Of a stretch of DNA of 64,000 bases, positions 27,101-39,814 are shown piece by piece. The translations under genes and the position numbers were made by a program. Positions within the stretch are counted from its first letter, which is position 1. The number at the start of each line of letters is the position of its first letter. Under the pieces are notes generated by a model. It made no database searches, was not told the DNA's origin, and was given only the letters and a program-made list of their open reading frames with translations. Origin of the DNA: Blasia pusilla (lineage: Eukaryota). Where the stretch lies: contig CM114271.1 of NCBI GenBank assembly GCA_050084515.1, forward strand, positions 15,252,001 to 15,316,000, read 5' to 3'.

Positions 27101-30100
27101 TGTAATCACGTGGCACAGAACTACATGGTTATGGACCCGTCATTACTGTATCCATGAATGAGACCATAAGTACCAACATACAGGTCCTCTTGAGAAAAGT
27201 AAGACTGGACAAAAACAAAATCTTTCTTTTGACTTCCTCAACCTTTCTTGACTAAACTTTCTTGCGACCAGAAAAGAGTTGAGGTGGATGAGAGTAGAGT
27301 ACCATTTTAGGTTGTTGTGAAGATCTTTGCAGACTCGCATTATCTTCAAGGAGACGAGAAATCTCTTGGTCTTTCTCCTCAATCATCCTGTCAACCATCT
27401 CCGAAATGACTCAAACTCGCCCTGCAAAACAAGGTGTAGATGCTCAAACCATGAGGTTCTCCAGTCGGACAAATAGTCTGTAGTATCAATGAGAACAGAG
27501 CACGTGACATCCCAGCAGGTAGTGGAATACATATTAAACCATTGACATAACTGAGTATGCAACTGACCTTGACATTCTCGTAGTCACTCAGCAGTGTGGT
27601 GTACTCTTGCCTCAAATCCGCTTTCACAGTATCCTTAACTTTGGTCTCCATGGCCTCATATCTCACTGCAAAAAAGGGTTGAATTGGGCATGAGACATGC
27701 AATAACATTTTTAAATTTAATTTTAAAATCTGGACGTGCTAGGTTCTATATGGTTGTCATCAAAAGTAAAGAGCAACCAGAAATCAACCTATCCATTGTG
27801 TGAAAAACTAAACAAAATCACTTCGAAAAATTCCAAACCAAGGCTGCACACTAAGATCCTTGCTAGGATCTAAGTGTGCAGCCTTAAGGCTTCATTAAGT
27901 TATTTCTAACTTAAAGAACCCTTGACACTCACAGCGCCAAGTAGCTTCGACTTGCTCCAAACGATGTTGCCACTCATACTGCTCTGAAGCTATTTGTCCT
28001 TTCGTAGCCTCCAGCTTTATGACCAAGTCCTTGATGCGTTGTTCCCCATCCAACAATGCAACACCTCTGTAGAAGAAAATAATTAAATGTACCTTTAAAA
28101 TATATTCTCACCCTTAAAATAACCTGCTCAATATTTTAGTCATCATATATACCACAGCCCTCTCCTGACAAAAACTGAGAAAACTCTTCTAAAATGTCTG
28201 CAGAATCAGCTCAATGAGAAGGTGTTCAATAGAGTTCACACAAAGACCATCAGCCACAAGATGAAGGTAAGATAGAGGATACCTTGCAGCAAGTTTGGTT
28301 TCATAATCTGAAATGGCCTCCTGCAAGGCTTTTCTTGCAGTATCTCTAGCCACTTCAGCTGCTGCTGCCTCCCGTGTAGCTTCCTACATGAAACACTTTC
28401 CTAAGAAAATTGTAGAAAGATGGACGTGTTCCACAGCTCTCCACATGCACGTGGATAAGTATCCCAAGTAACAAGTGTATGACAGGGATACTCAACCAAG
28501 TTGAAAGGCAGAACTCAAATTCATTTTTTCCATGTCATTTGTTTTTGAAGTTTGTTAGTATACTATACCAAACATGACTACCTTAGATCCTAGCAACAAA
28601 TACAATACAATACACATGATCCAAGAACACCGTAGGAGGCCACATAGAGTGGTATTGCTAACATGAACCCCAACAGACTTCGTCAAAGATAATCTTATCT
28701 TGTCCTGTTACCTTCAAAGCTTTTTCTTGTGCTGCAGCAAGTTCAACATCCTTTGCAGCAAGTAATTCTGCTTCCTTTTTCTGCAGAAGGGCATAAGCCC
28801 GGACTTTGTATGAAGCCAGGTCATTTGCAATACGAGCTGCCTGTCATCCAGGCCAAAAAGTCATTAAGAGATGGTAAGCACTCTGGGAACTTACAGTAAT
28901 AATGCAGCACATAATCATCCCTTATAAGATATAAAATCATGACTCTGAGAGCTGTCCCAGGTGTGTTGTAGTCAGAGCAGCGTGCATGAAAAACATCCAA
29001 ACTTAATTATGAACTGACAGCATAGAATCAGACAACATATGTCAATTTTACTGCAGAAAAACACTATGGGTCATCCATCACATGTTGGATGAAATTGGTT
29101 AAAACCAACTTGATGGGTAGTGGCTGTCTATTCTATCTCTCACACTCTTCTGTGACATTACACGTTCAACCAGATGATTACCTTATCATTTGCAGCATCA
29201 AGATCAGCCTGAACAGAGCTCAATGATTGACGCTTCCTCTCTAACTCGGACTCCAGCCGGTCTACACTCAACGTTATGTACATGGTGAGAGAACCTCATT
29301 CTTAAATTGTAATAGCCAGCTCCCTTTTGGTACAGGAAGAAAAAACTACTGCAACATCATCCAATGCTAAAGAACTGAATATTTTCCAAAGTTCTAAACC
29401 CTCTTTTCTCTTTTTGCACCTTCACATTTTACCAACACATTTTCACCAGCATGCACAGCACATCCTTCTGCAAGACAAAATAACAAATTATGAAAGGTCT
29501 AAAACCTACTTATTATCTCCCCAAAGGCAACTTCCTGTTGATGATGAGATTTCTCTGAATCTTCCAGTTTCCTCTTGAGTTTCTCCAAACTTGCCTGCCA
29601 AGCCTCTCGTTCCTTTTTCTGTTAACAGTCAAGTATAAACATACAACAGCAGCATAGTCAGACAATCTCATGATTCTGGGTATTGTCAACCATGACTTTC
29701 CTAGTTAAGCTCAGACCTATTGCAAGAGACACAGGCTTCATTCTGATCTACAAAGAAGCAGTTCCAAAGATAAAGAAGAAACCACGAAGAATTAATATTA
29801 TGAGGATGTCCATTCTCATCAAATCAAATCGAGCAGGAGTTGCACAAAGAGGATATATTCTATGAAAGAGGATAGGCTTCTGAAGATACCTGCTCCTGTT
29901 CAAGGCGAGAAAGCTCTCCTTTAGCAGTGTCAATAGAAGCACCCAACCGTACAACCTCTCCGCTAGAAGCTGCCTCTAGCTCAGCAAGTTTGGATTCTTT
30001 CGCTGCAAGCTGAGTCTGTCCCATGAAAGAACATGTAACAAGCATACATACTACTAGATAAGAATCCAAGAAAACCAACATGGGGAGTCTCAACCATGAC

Positions 30101-33100
30101 ACAGTTAATAAATATTCCTTCCCTCCTGTTTCCTGCCACTTAATTGTAACTGAGCCTTCAGTAATAAATCGTATAGGTAACACAGATACACTAATCTTGA
30201 TAATGTAAGTGAGATACAGAACATGCAAATACTTGCACAAGTCACGGTAAAGGCCTTTCTGGTGATTTCAGTGATGGACATAACCCTAAATATGTGACGA
30301 CCAGTAAGACTGAAAAAAGTAAAATCTCCAGTTTCTTGACTGTGGAAGAATAAGAAACCCAAAACTTAACTCCATACAAAACTGGATTGTGACTCGAGAC
30401 CAGCAAGCAGAAGCCTACCTGCAGAGCAGATATTGTCTCTGCCATCTTGTTGTTCTCTGTCCCTCCATCAGCAAGATGTAAATTCAAGTCCTCGATGGCC
30501 TACAGATAATGCAAATCATTGAAGTTCTTAAACTAACTTCACTTGAGAACTAGGATTCGTGACAAAGGTCTGCCGTGACAAAGGTCTGCCGAGTTAGTCT
30601 CCCTAGAACTTGAAAGTGATAAATAATATTCTTCACCAATTCAAATTCACTAACTCACCTTCTTATGTTTCTCTTTTAAATTCAACACAGCAGTTTCATG
30701 GTTTCCCTCTGCTTCTTTCAACAAGGCTGCCATCTCCAATGCCATCTGTCCGCATACAACACTCTATTAGACACAGCTCATCAAAATACCCCAACAGTTG
30801 AATAACAAGAGAAAACAGATAAGAATCCAAGACACAAACCTGATCTTTCTCTGATGCTAATCGGCGAGATTCTGCTAGATTGTGCTCTTTCGCTTCCAGT
30901 GAGTGGCGAAGATCTTCAACTTCCTCTTTAAGCCTGATAAGTAATCCAACCATGAGGACCGGTACAGAATGCTAATAAAAAATTTATGGGCCTTCCTCTG
31001 TTCATCAGATACTTAAGAATTGAAAGAGTTTACAAAAGCAGATGATAATCAGACCACCCCTGAGGGGATACTCAAATACTCTTTAGATTAACAAAGAAGG
31101 GATTTACTTAGTGTTGGCCACTCGCAATTGCTGCCTCTCTGCACCCAGAGAACGGAGTGCTTCCCCACTCTGATGTCGGGTGCGTTCCAACTCATCTTGG
31201 AGTACAGCCTGTTTTGATAGGGCTTGAGCAGCCTTCTCACCAGCTGCTCCAAGTTGTGCTTCAACCTCTTCTTTCTCCTGAAGATGTGAACAATCAAAAT
31301 AATCTCCCATCAGAACCATGCAACTCAGAATGGGCCTATGACTGCTTACCACTGCATCCTCTACCATCAACATAACCTGCACGGACAACACCATTGACAC
31401 TGGACAAGTAACAGGAGCAAGTGTTGGGAAAAGACAAACCCTGCACCTTTTGAACTTCCTGAATACGCTGCTTTGCCCGTTTCTGCAAGCGCCCAAACTT
31501 TGCATCCAATTCTGCATACTTCACATCCAGCTCTGCGTACTTCTCATCTCGTTGTTTAGTCTCAATTTCCAACTTCCGCAGAGCTGCAGTAGCCCAATAT
31601 CATCAATGACCATCTGAAAACTCCTCTTAGCACAAACACACGAGATGGTAAGACTGCACGATGGGATCTACTCCTTTTAATGTAAGTGATCATAAGAAGT
31701 GTTGCATATGATGAATGGATAGCTAAAACGAATCCATCACTATAAATATTCAGGACAATTGGTCTTCTACAAGGCTTTACAACCAATCACACTCCCACTT
31801 TTCAACTCTGGAAGCTTTCCTATCATGTCTAAACTTCACGAAATTACACATTTGAGTTGAAAAAAGTCATAATGCAGCTCTCTTCTTTAAATATTCACCT
31901 TCCAAAGGAATCGAACTTCTGAACTTGTAAAGAATACACATGCATATGTTACTTGACTGTTTTTCAAATTCGCTGCATCTGCAGTAAGGTCTGCGATGAG
32001 ATAATATGCCTTTACTAGCTAGTAAGTTGCAGAAATACCAACTACCACTTACAAACTAGTGAAGGCTAATTTTCCTTCAGTGAGATACTGAGTTGGATAG
32101 TTACATTCTGTGGTCATTCTTGGAATTTTTGTCATATTGTGTACTAATTCTCAGCATTCAGATTATTGGTAAAGCTTCAAGAAATGATAGATTTCCAGTA
32201 CCTTCTGCAAGCTCATGTGAGAGTGCATCAACTCTCTGCTGGGCCTCAGCACATGCAGTGGAAAGATGTTTTACTTGGTCTTCAGCTGCTTGCTGACATT
32301 CCCTGCTTTCCCTCAAGTGTTCCTTCAATGTCAAAAGTTCTTGCAAGGTAGCAGCCTCCGGAAGTTGCTGTGACCCTGCTTCCAACTCCACAACCTCATA
32401 ATGCAGTCTATCGGCTGCGGCAGCTTGAGACTTGAAATCTTCAAGTTGTGCCATCAAACTCTTGTTTTGGGCTTTTAGTTCTGACATTTCAGAATGCAAT
32501 GAATTATCTACATCATTCAAGTTTACCAAATCCGATGACTCCTTCATTTGAACACTGCCGTTGTTTGGATCTTCCACTTTCTGGAAGCTAGATTCATCAG
32601 ATAAAAAATGTTGCTGAAGGGCTCTCACTTGCTCTTTCAAACTCACAACCTTTTTGCTACTTTCTTCTAGCTCCTTTTGAAGATTTGCTTTCTCTTGAAG
32701 CAATAATTGCACTTTATCTTCAGTCAATTCCCACTTCTGCTGCAAAACATAAGCATGCAAAATGGAGAAGGGCAGTCAAATTAAGAGTCTGAATAAAAAT
32801 AATTCCCATCAAGTGCACGCCAGGCTTTACACAGATTAGATACCACCACATGAGAAGAAGGAAGCTAAACAACTTCCAAGTCCTGAATGAGCCTCAAAAG
32901 AAAATTGGAAGCCCATCTCAGAAGGCATGCTCACTCATAGAGAATGAAGAATCGTCGGAGCTGTCTCTCATCAAGGAAATGAAAGGAAAAGAGAGGCAAA
33001 ACCATGAAAGACTATGGATATACATTCACACAGTTATGTGGAGACTGCCTAGATTATTTCAAAAAAAATCTAGTATTTTGCCCGGGTATTGCACAGCCTA

Positions 33101-36100
33101 CTAAGCTTGTGGAGAAGTAACAATCAGAAATGAATAAAGAGCATCACAAGAGTATCTACAGAAACAAATGCGACCACAAACTTGCAGCAGACTATTTCTG
33201 AACCGACCCCAACTACAGCCAGAAGCGCTTGAGAAAACAGAGAACAATTCAACCCATACTTGAAAAACAATTTAAGGGTAGCTTGAAAGATCCCAAAAAA
33301 AGCACACCCACCTCTGCTTCTTGTCCAGTTCCAGCAGCCTCCATCTACAATTACAAATTGTAGGTGTAAATCTCATTTCCCATTTGCTGATTTCACAACT
33401 CAATTGCATTGGATCCACATCTAATCTATGCTTTCCTTCCTTTTCCCATCAATTACACATCGATGTGTACCTTCTGCACGTAGATAAGGGGTTTCTATCA
33501 AATATCAATCTTTCCTTCAGGGTCCTAGGCGAAGTTCATTTAGTTATATGATAGGCTGCTTGATGAGTCTAGCAGCCAGGCAGTCCTTTGTGCAAAATCT
33601 CAACTCCAAGGCTCTAAGCAAGTGCCCACTTCATTAAAGACAACTTGGCGCTCTGCAAGTCTGGGAAATCAACTTGTCAAACCCATTGTTCAAGCAGAAA
33701 AGAACATTTCAACCAGGTAATAAGGTAATTTTCAGTTTTGTGGGCACGTCCCTGCATCCATGCTCCAATCTTCCACCAGCAGGCTCACAATGGAAGTTGC
33801 ATTACTTGGGCAGGAACCTCAGTCGTTTGGTCACTTCTAGCTAGCAATATTACTAGTATAAGACAAACGTGGGAGGGTTTTGAATGCAGCTTCATCCCGT
33901 CAGCAAGCCATAGTACCTACAAAACTCTGCCTACTGGTGTAAGGACCAATTTTCCCCAAAATCTGAGTTAAATCAGTCTACTTTGACAATCTGCTTCAAC
34001 ACTTGAGCCCTGATGTAAAAGACAAGATATTCACATGCAAGCTCTAATATTGGTTGCTCCAACAGTTCTCTACTCCTACTCCTGAAGAATATAGTAGGTT
34101 CATATTCTCTCAACTATCAACTCAACTGGCTAGCCAATCACGCCGACTACTTTTCATCCTAAGTGTGCACATAATATCTCATTGAGCAGGACACTGTCCA
34201 ATTCAATTACTTAAGATGACCAATGGTAGTGTATTATGCAAGAACGACAAGATTGCATGGACTTACTTCATCCAAACGATGCATGAGCTGGGACATAGCA
34301 GCCTCCTGCCCCTCCTGCGCAGCTCTCCGGGATGCTGCAATTTCCTCCATCTCCTGTGCACGCCAAAAAGCTTCAGCAATTATAGCATCAAATGCATGAA
34401 AACAAAGAGAAAATATTCCAGTTAGTTCATCTCAGAGAAACAGCCAAAGGCCTACCTTAATTTTTTCTTGAAGGTGTTTTTGAGTTTCAGCTAGAGATAC
34501 ATTTGCCTGCTCCAGTTCCTTGCATGTACTGAGACAGTCAATCACAAGTGAGAAAAGGATAACAGTCCTCATTAATGCATGTCTGGATGAAAATAAGTGC
34601 AAATAGTGCCTCCATGAAGAAGATTCCATTGATGCACACACTTCAGAGAAGATGGCCCATTTTCTGATAAACTCTCCCCAACTTGACACTGAGGCAAACT
34701 CGTAAAATCAGGACTTTTTCAACTGGAAAGGCAAGACCTACCTTGAATGCTGCGCTACCAGGTCTAAGTGGGCTCGGCTCATTTCATGACCCTCCTTTGA
34801 TATGCGCTCCATATCATCATGGGTGGTAGACATGCGTGTGAAAGCTTCTGCAACCTGCTCTGCTGCTGCCATCAGTTGGGTCTCGAGCTTCTCATTTGCC
34901 TGCCAATTCAGAAGTTGAATCGTCTTACATAGCGAGTTGTAAATTTGTTGAAATTTGTTGAAATGCATCAACACATGAAATAGTGTACATCAGAACAGGT
35001 ATTCCAAATTTCATAAAGTCTCAAGACCTTGGTTAGGTGCTCTACACGTTGCTGCGCATCTTGCTTTGCAAGTCGCAGTTCTTCATCAGCCTCTGCTATG
35101 GCTTCATTTTTTTGCTTTACCACAGATTCATTTTTCTGCTTCACTGCACTAAACAATTATCAAAGGTAAGTGAATTTACATTCCAAATTGTGAAGATTTT
35201 CTTGCATTTAACTTGGCGTGTGATTGTTCAAGTATAGCCGACTCCACTATCCCAACATGACTGACCAGTATTGTGACAATTTCAGGAGTCCACAACCAAC
35301 CAGTACCGATAAACCTATACAATCCTCACAAGACCATTCTCGACGGACAAACTTTTCTGAGAGCTCCACTTCCGACAAGCAGAGTCGTAGGCTGGTGAAC
35401 AAGGCGGCTACAAGGTTACAGCATCTTCATTGACGACAAAGCTCAATGCATGTTCAGGGACCGAAAACTATTTGGCAAAAGCTTGCGTAGATACATCTAG
35501 AAAAGCAAACTCTAGACTAGAGATGCTGTCGCCTCCAGCAACGGACGACGAAGAGACCAATATGATCGTAGGGCAAGAATTCCTAAGGCGTGTAGACTTC
35601 CTCAACGTAAATTCAGAAAATCCCAATGCAGCAATGCCGTAGTGCAGGGACGCTCATGAATAAATTTGCATTCCCTCGCCACATCAAAATCAACCATCCA
35701 AAAGCATTGGTTAACTCCTCACTCAATTCAGGCATAAAACCTCATTCAATTATAAGACGGGGTAGAGGTAGGCACGGGGAGAGAGTGGAGGTGTTATACA
35801 AGCAAGCTCGCACGCACACACAAAGATAATTACATTCGATAATTTCGTTCTCCAAGAGTTGCCTCTCTCTGGCAGCAACTTCTTCTCGTCTGCGCTTCTC
35901 TTCAATCTCTGCTCTCAGCTCTGCCCGCAACCTCTCCAGAGCCGCTTCCGCATCTTGGTCTGCTCCTCTGGCATCTTTGTGAGAGGAAACCTCGGAATCC
36001 GGGGAATGTGTAATTTCTCCATTGCTAACCTCCGAACCTGAAAGACTTTCACGATGCCTAGGACTACCTCCTTCAGATGCTAGGGAATTCACAGGTGAAG

Positions 36101-36353
36101 ACGCATCGATCGCACCGTTCCTTTCACTGACTGCGCTTCCGATCGCCGCGATCTGAGAATTCGTCTTGGAAACCGAGCCATTGAGAGCTCCTGCAGCAGC
36201 TTCAGCAGCCGCAGCTCGGCCTTCCGCGGCCTGAATTCTAGCTTGAAGCTCCGCTTGCTGCTTCTTTAGCGCAAGCTTGATCTTCTTCTTCATGGAGGCC
36301 ATTTCCGCTACCAGCCTCTCATTCTCAGCTTTCAGACGCTCCCCGGACTCCAT
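24131..36353 (-). CDS. GRIP: GRIP-domain coiled-coil golgin (AtGRIP-like), more than 20 exons
   Basis: ATG at 36353. Coiled-coil exons include 36353-35834, 35143-35028, 34899-34742, 34528-34456, 34353-34267, about 32737-32202, 31583-31447 (RDEKYAELD..KFGRLQKRAKQRIQE), 31277-31108 and about 28840-28711 (YKVRAYALLQKK). GRIP domain GVDMTYLKNVILKLLETG/EVEALLPVIAMLLQFSPEE lies at about 25030-24551. The last exon is 24268-24131. Some internal exon boundaries were not fully resolved. Confidence 0.9.
26121..26190. repeat. Intronic inverted repeat (24-bp stem, 2 mismatches)
   Basis: ACTGCCAGATCTGCACATATCATT ... AATGAGATGTGCAGGTCTGGCAGT. Confidence 0.8.
27840..27885. repeat. Intronic hairpin (21-bp stem, 1 mismatch, 4-nt loop)
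   Basis: AAGGCTGCACACTAAGATCCT-TGCT-AGGATCTAAGTGTGCAGCCTT. Confidence 0.8.
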
Positions 36354-37149
36354 CTTTCACCTCCTAGGTCAGACGTGCCAGATTTCCTCACGACCTCCCC
36401 GCTCTCCTCCCGCTCCCTCTACTTCCTCCTCCTCCTTCCCGCTACACTAACCCCATCGATCGGACCTCCATTTCCTCGCATTTCACTCTCCATCGCCTCT
36501 CTACTCCTCCTGATCCGCCCGATGCACCGAGCTCGCGCTCCCGATCCTTCCTCTCGCGTCCTCTGCGCTCCATCGATCCGCGGCTACACACCCTCCTCGC
36601 ACCCGGATTTCGTGACACACACCGATCATCTTGTGCTTTCGCCCGTGCAAAATCCTCTCCACTGCGCAGAAGCGCTCCTTCCGCTGGCGACGTCCGTCCG
36701 TCCGACCTGCAGAAGACGCTCGCCGCTCTACAACAACGCGCCCGTCGTCGTCGTCGTGAGGGCACGATGCGAGACGACGAGAAGGAGCCGATCTTGTTGA
36801 TTGGCCTTCGCATTGACCACCGGCGGAATGAGAGACGACGGGATGGGCCGAGGGCCGAGGCTTTACGGGGCTCCTCAGCTCACGTGCTCCGCCAGCTTCC
36901 CCGAATCCCCACGAACGCTATTTGTCGTCGTCGTCGTCGTCGTGCGGAAAGGAAATTAAATTGTCAACCATTTTACTTCAATATTTCTACGTCATTCATG
37001 ATGAAGAACACGAAACCTTCTTTATTTTCGAGGTTGTGTTGGTTACTATCATCGGATGGAGCTCCTCTACGGAATTGATACGAGAAAAGAAAGAGAATGC
37101 AAATCTTTTGCAACATTTAAATTCATATTAGAAAACACTTTTTATTTTC

Positions 37150-37205
37150 AAATACCTCTTTGTTTGACGCGTGATAATTGGCGGGCAGCAAGAAAATGTT
37201 TCGGG
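37150..37205. repeat. Copy of the subterminal repeat of the MITE family at 63570-63901
   Basis: AAATACCTCTTTGTTTGACGCGTGATAATTGGCGGGCAGCAAGAAAATGTTTT resembles 63589-63637 and the reverse complement of about 63832-63880. Confidence 0.55.
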
Positions 37206-37256
37206 CAACAAAAGGATTTAAGTTTGTGTGCCGCATGATCCCTACATAGACAATAC

Positions 37257-37290
37257 ACCCGCAAAAGTCATCGCACGGGCATCTTTCTAG
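37257..37290 (+). mobile_element. Helitron-like 3' terminus
   Basis: ACCCGC...GCACGGG-CATCTTT-CTAG followed by T: a degenerate GC hairpin, a short spacer and a CTAG|T end. Confidence 0.5.
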
Positions 37291-38169
37291 TTTCAGAAAT
37301 ACAAGATTAGGCAAGTACATGCCAACTTTGTGTTATGTTTCACCTAAGACTCATTAATGATCATAGCAAAAGTTGGATACCATTGGAATCTACGTGATTG
37401 AAGTTTTTGTCAAACAAAAGGTAAATTGGAGTCAATTCCATTAATAGGATATTGGTAATGAAAACTAAATCCCCAATATTTTTCATATGATAATATTTGC
37501 ATCAAATGGCGCATGATCCACAAACCATCGATCGAGTACCGTTTGCTTATCCATTCAACACATTCATGTTTCAAAAAAACATGATAAGAACATCATCTTC
37601 AAACGCGAACGATGTGGATGTGGGCCAGAAGACAAGTACATGCTCAAGAATTCATTGTGATAGATCTCATTCATTTCCTCATTTGGAATACACTCAATAA
37701 AGAGGTAAATATAATCATGTACACAACAAGACAAGTATGCGAAGAGATGCTTTCAACATTTACACAATAAATAAAAATTTCACACCAAAACCAACATAAA
37801 GGGATATAAGTCTTCCCTCTTGAAGAAGTCACGATAAAATAGCCGTATCTCTTAAAACAATTGACGTCAAAAAATTGGGGATGACCATTTCAAATAAATC
37901 TATGAATAAGATTGTTGGTCTTCTTACTTTTAGTTATAATTTCATATATTATTGTATGAAATCATCTCCTAAGGCTGCTAGGTGCAAAGGTATATATCCT
38001 ATCCTAGCTTCAATAACCAAGAAACAAAATATTGAGAAATTGCTAAATAACCAATATTTGTTGTTAAGCACAAATTTGATTTACCAACTTTTTAACTCTC
38101 ATGTTTAAATGTAAGAATTATAAGTTATGGTCTTATGTAAGAGTTACATAAGACCATAACCTTTATCTC

Positions 38170-38640
38170 TTGATTTTAAGTGGCTTGAATAATTGTAGGG
38201 CAGTCGCCATGACAAACAACAAGAAAGATTTGATGAAAATCACCACCAAATATTATGAGTCTACTGCTAAATGGTAGTTTCCTTGGGTCATCATAATCCA
38301 CTCCCAAAATCTCATCTAAGATACAATTCACCACCTTAAATGCATAACTATGAGTCATAAACATCTTCTCCCATATAATAAGCCTTACACTTCGAATTAA
38401 GTGTGTTGCATTACTATTGACGGTTAAACTAAAAATCACACTATACAATGATTAAGTTAGAACTTGTATTATTTTACATATAGGAGCTTTTAATACTCGA
38501 ATGAAGGTAGCAACTATAATTCATAGATCTTAAGTAAATACTTACTTACAAGTATATTGATGGTAATCTTGAAGCGTAAATATATTGTGTGTCCTCGGTC
38601 TTTCTTATTCCATTAGGAATATCAATGAAAAATAATTGTG
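38170..38640 (-). mobile_element. Helitron PIF1-like helicase remnant (further decayed Helitron-like sequence may extend to about 41300)
   Basis: FFIDIPNGIRKT is a decayed Walker A region. VRLIIWEKMFMTHSYAFKVVN and LPFSSRLIIFGGDFHQIFLVV correspond to the Helitron consensus LIIWDEAPM..AFEAVD..PFGGK..GGDFRQILPVV. Confidence 0.75.
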
Positions 38641-39656
38641 TGAATGTTTGGTGCAACATTTTGGTATATTTTCTTGAGTTCATCATGTAGAACATATCAA
38701 GGATCACATCGTCATTTATTTAATTGCGCTTCTTCCAATAGTGATTATTCATGTATTCCTCTATATCATACATTCTTTTTTCTTTCTCTAAATATAAACA
38801 TGAATGCTCTCGATTGGTTGTGATCTTAATGGGGGTGTATGGAGCTCATATGAAAGTGCAATTGTCCACTTCAAGCCCATCAGTATGCAGATGTGCTTGA
38901 GCGGTGTTTCTTACTCCTCTCTCTCACATGTATTTGCTTTATCACTTTCTCTTCTATCCTTGAGTAGAGGGTAGGGAGGAAAGGTGTATCCGTACCACTT
39001 TGAGCATGTCCGCACTTGGATACACTTTTGCGGTCTCCACTCTCTCACTCTACTCCATCGCTCTTTGTCCGTTCTCTCTTGTTGCTCTACTTCTCTTGCG
39101 TTGTTGCTTGGTACTCTCATGCTACTGCATAGTCTCTCAAAGTTGGGCAACTCTCACCTTGTCTCTTAGCTAGCTCTCATGCCCTCAACATCTCTATCGC
39201 TCTCGATCTATTGATGCTTTTGTGCTTGCTCTCGGGGAGGCTTTTGACCTCTCTCTCCCCTCTCTCTCTCATCCTTGATCAATTCCTCTCTCTATAGAGA
39301 GAGGAACTGATCAAGGATGGAGAAGCAAGAGGTGATAGGAGAATGGGGATCATGCTAGCCCTCCACAAAATTTAAGGAGGCCACCTTTATTGATGATCTA
39401 GACTTAGGCTAGTTTTTTCATATATAGTGATGGTCATGTCATGACCATCATGCATGATCAGATTTTGAGTCTCAAAGCAAGGCGTCAACAAACATATATT
39501 TGGAATCTATACTTTAATTTGAAGAGGAGGGGGTTACCTCTTTTCGTAAGTATTTTTCCAAAAGAAGTGAAGCTTCTCCCGAAGTAGATATTCGAACAAT
39601 CCCCTTCAAGTAAAAAGTTTTAAAAAATACAATAGTAAAAGAGTCACTCCCTGTTT

Positions 39657-39814
39657 CCTATATTTTGAAAGTGATTTGATCCACAAAGTGTCCCTCCCCG
39701 TTGCCCTATATTTGAATGTCATTTGATCTACAAAGTGTCTCTCCTCTCAGCCCTATATTTGAATGTCATTTGATCTACAAAGTGTCTCTCCTCTTAGCCC
39801 TATATTTGAAAGTG
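39657..39814. repeat. 47-bp minisatellite, about 3.3 copies
   Basis: CCCTATATTTGAATGTCATTTGATCTACAAAGTGTCTCTCCTCTCAG units start at about 39657, 39704, 39751 and 39798. Confidence 0.85.

Noticed and set aside
36375-37131. Several GC-rich ORFs upstream of GRIP
   Set aside because: This is promoter/5' UTR sequence with GTC microsatellites, and the ORFs lack domains.
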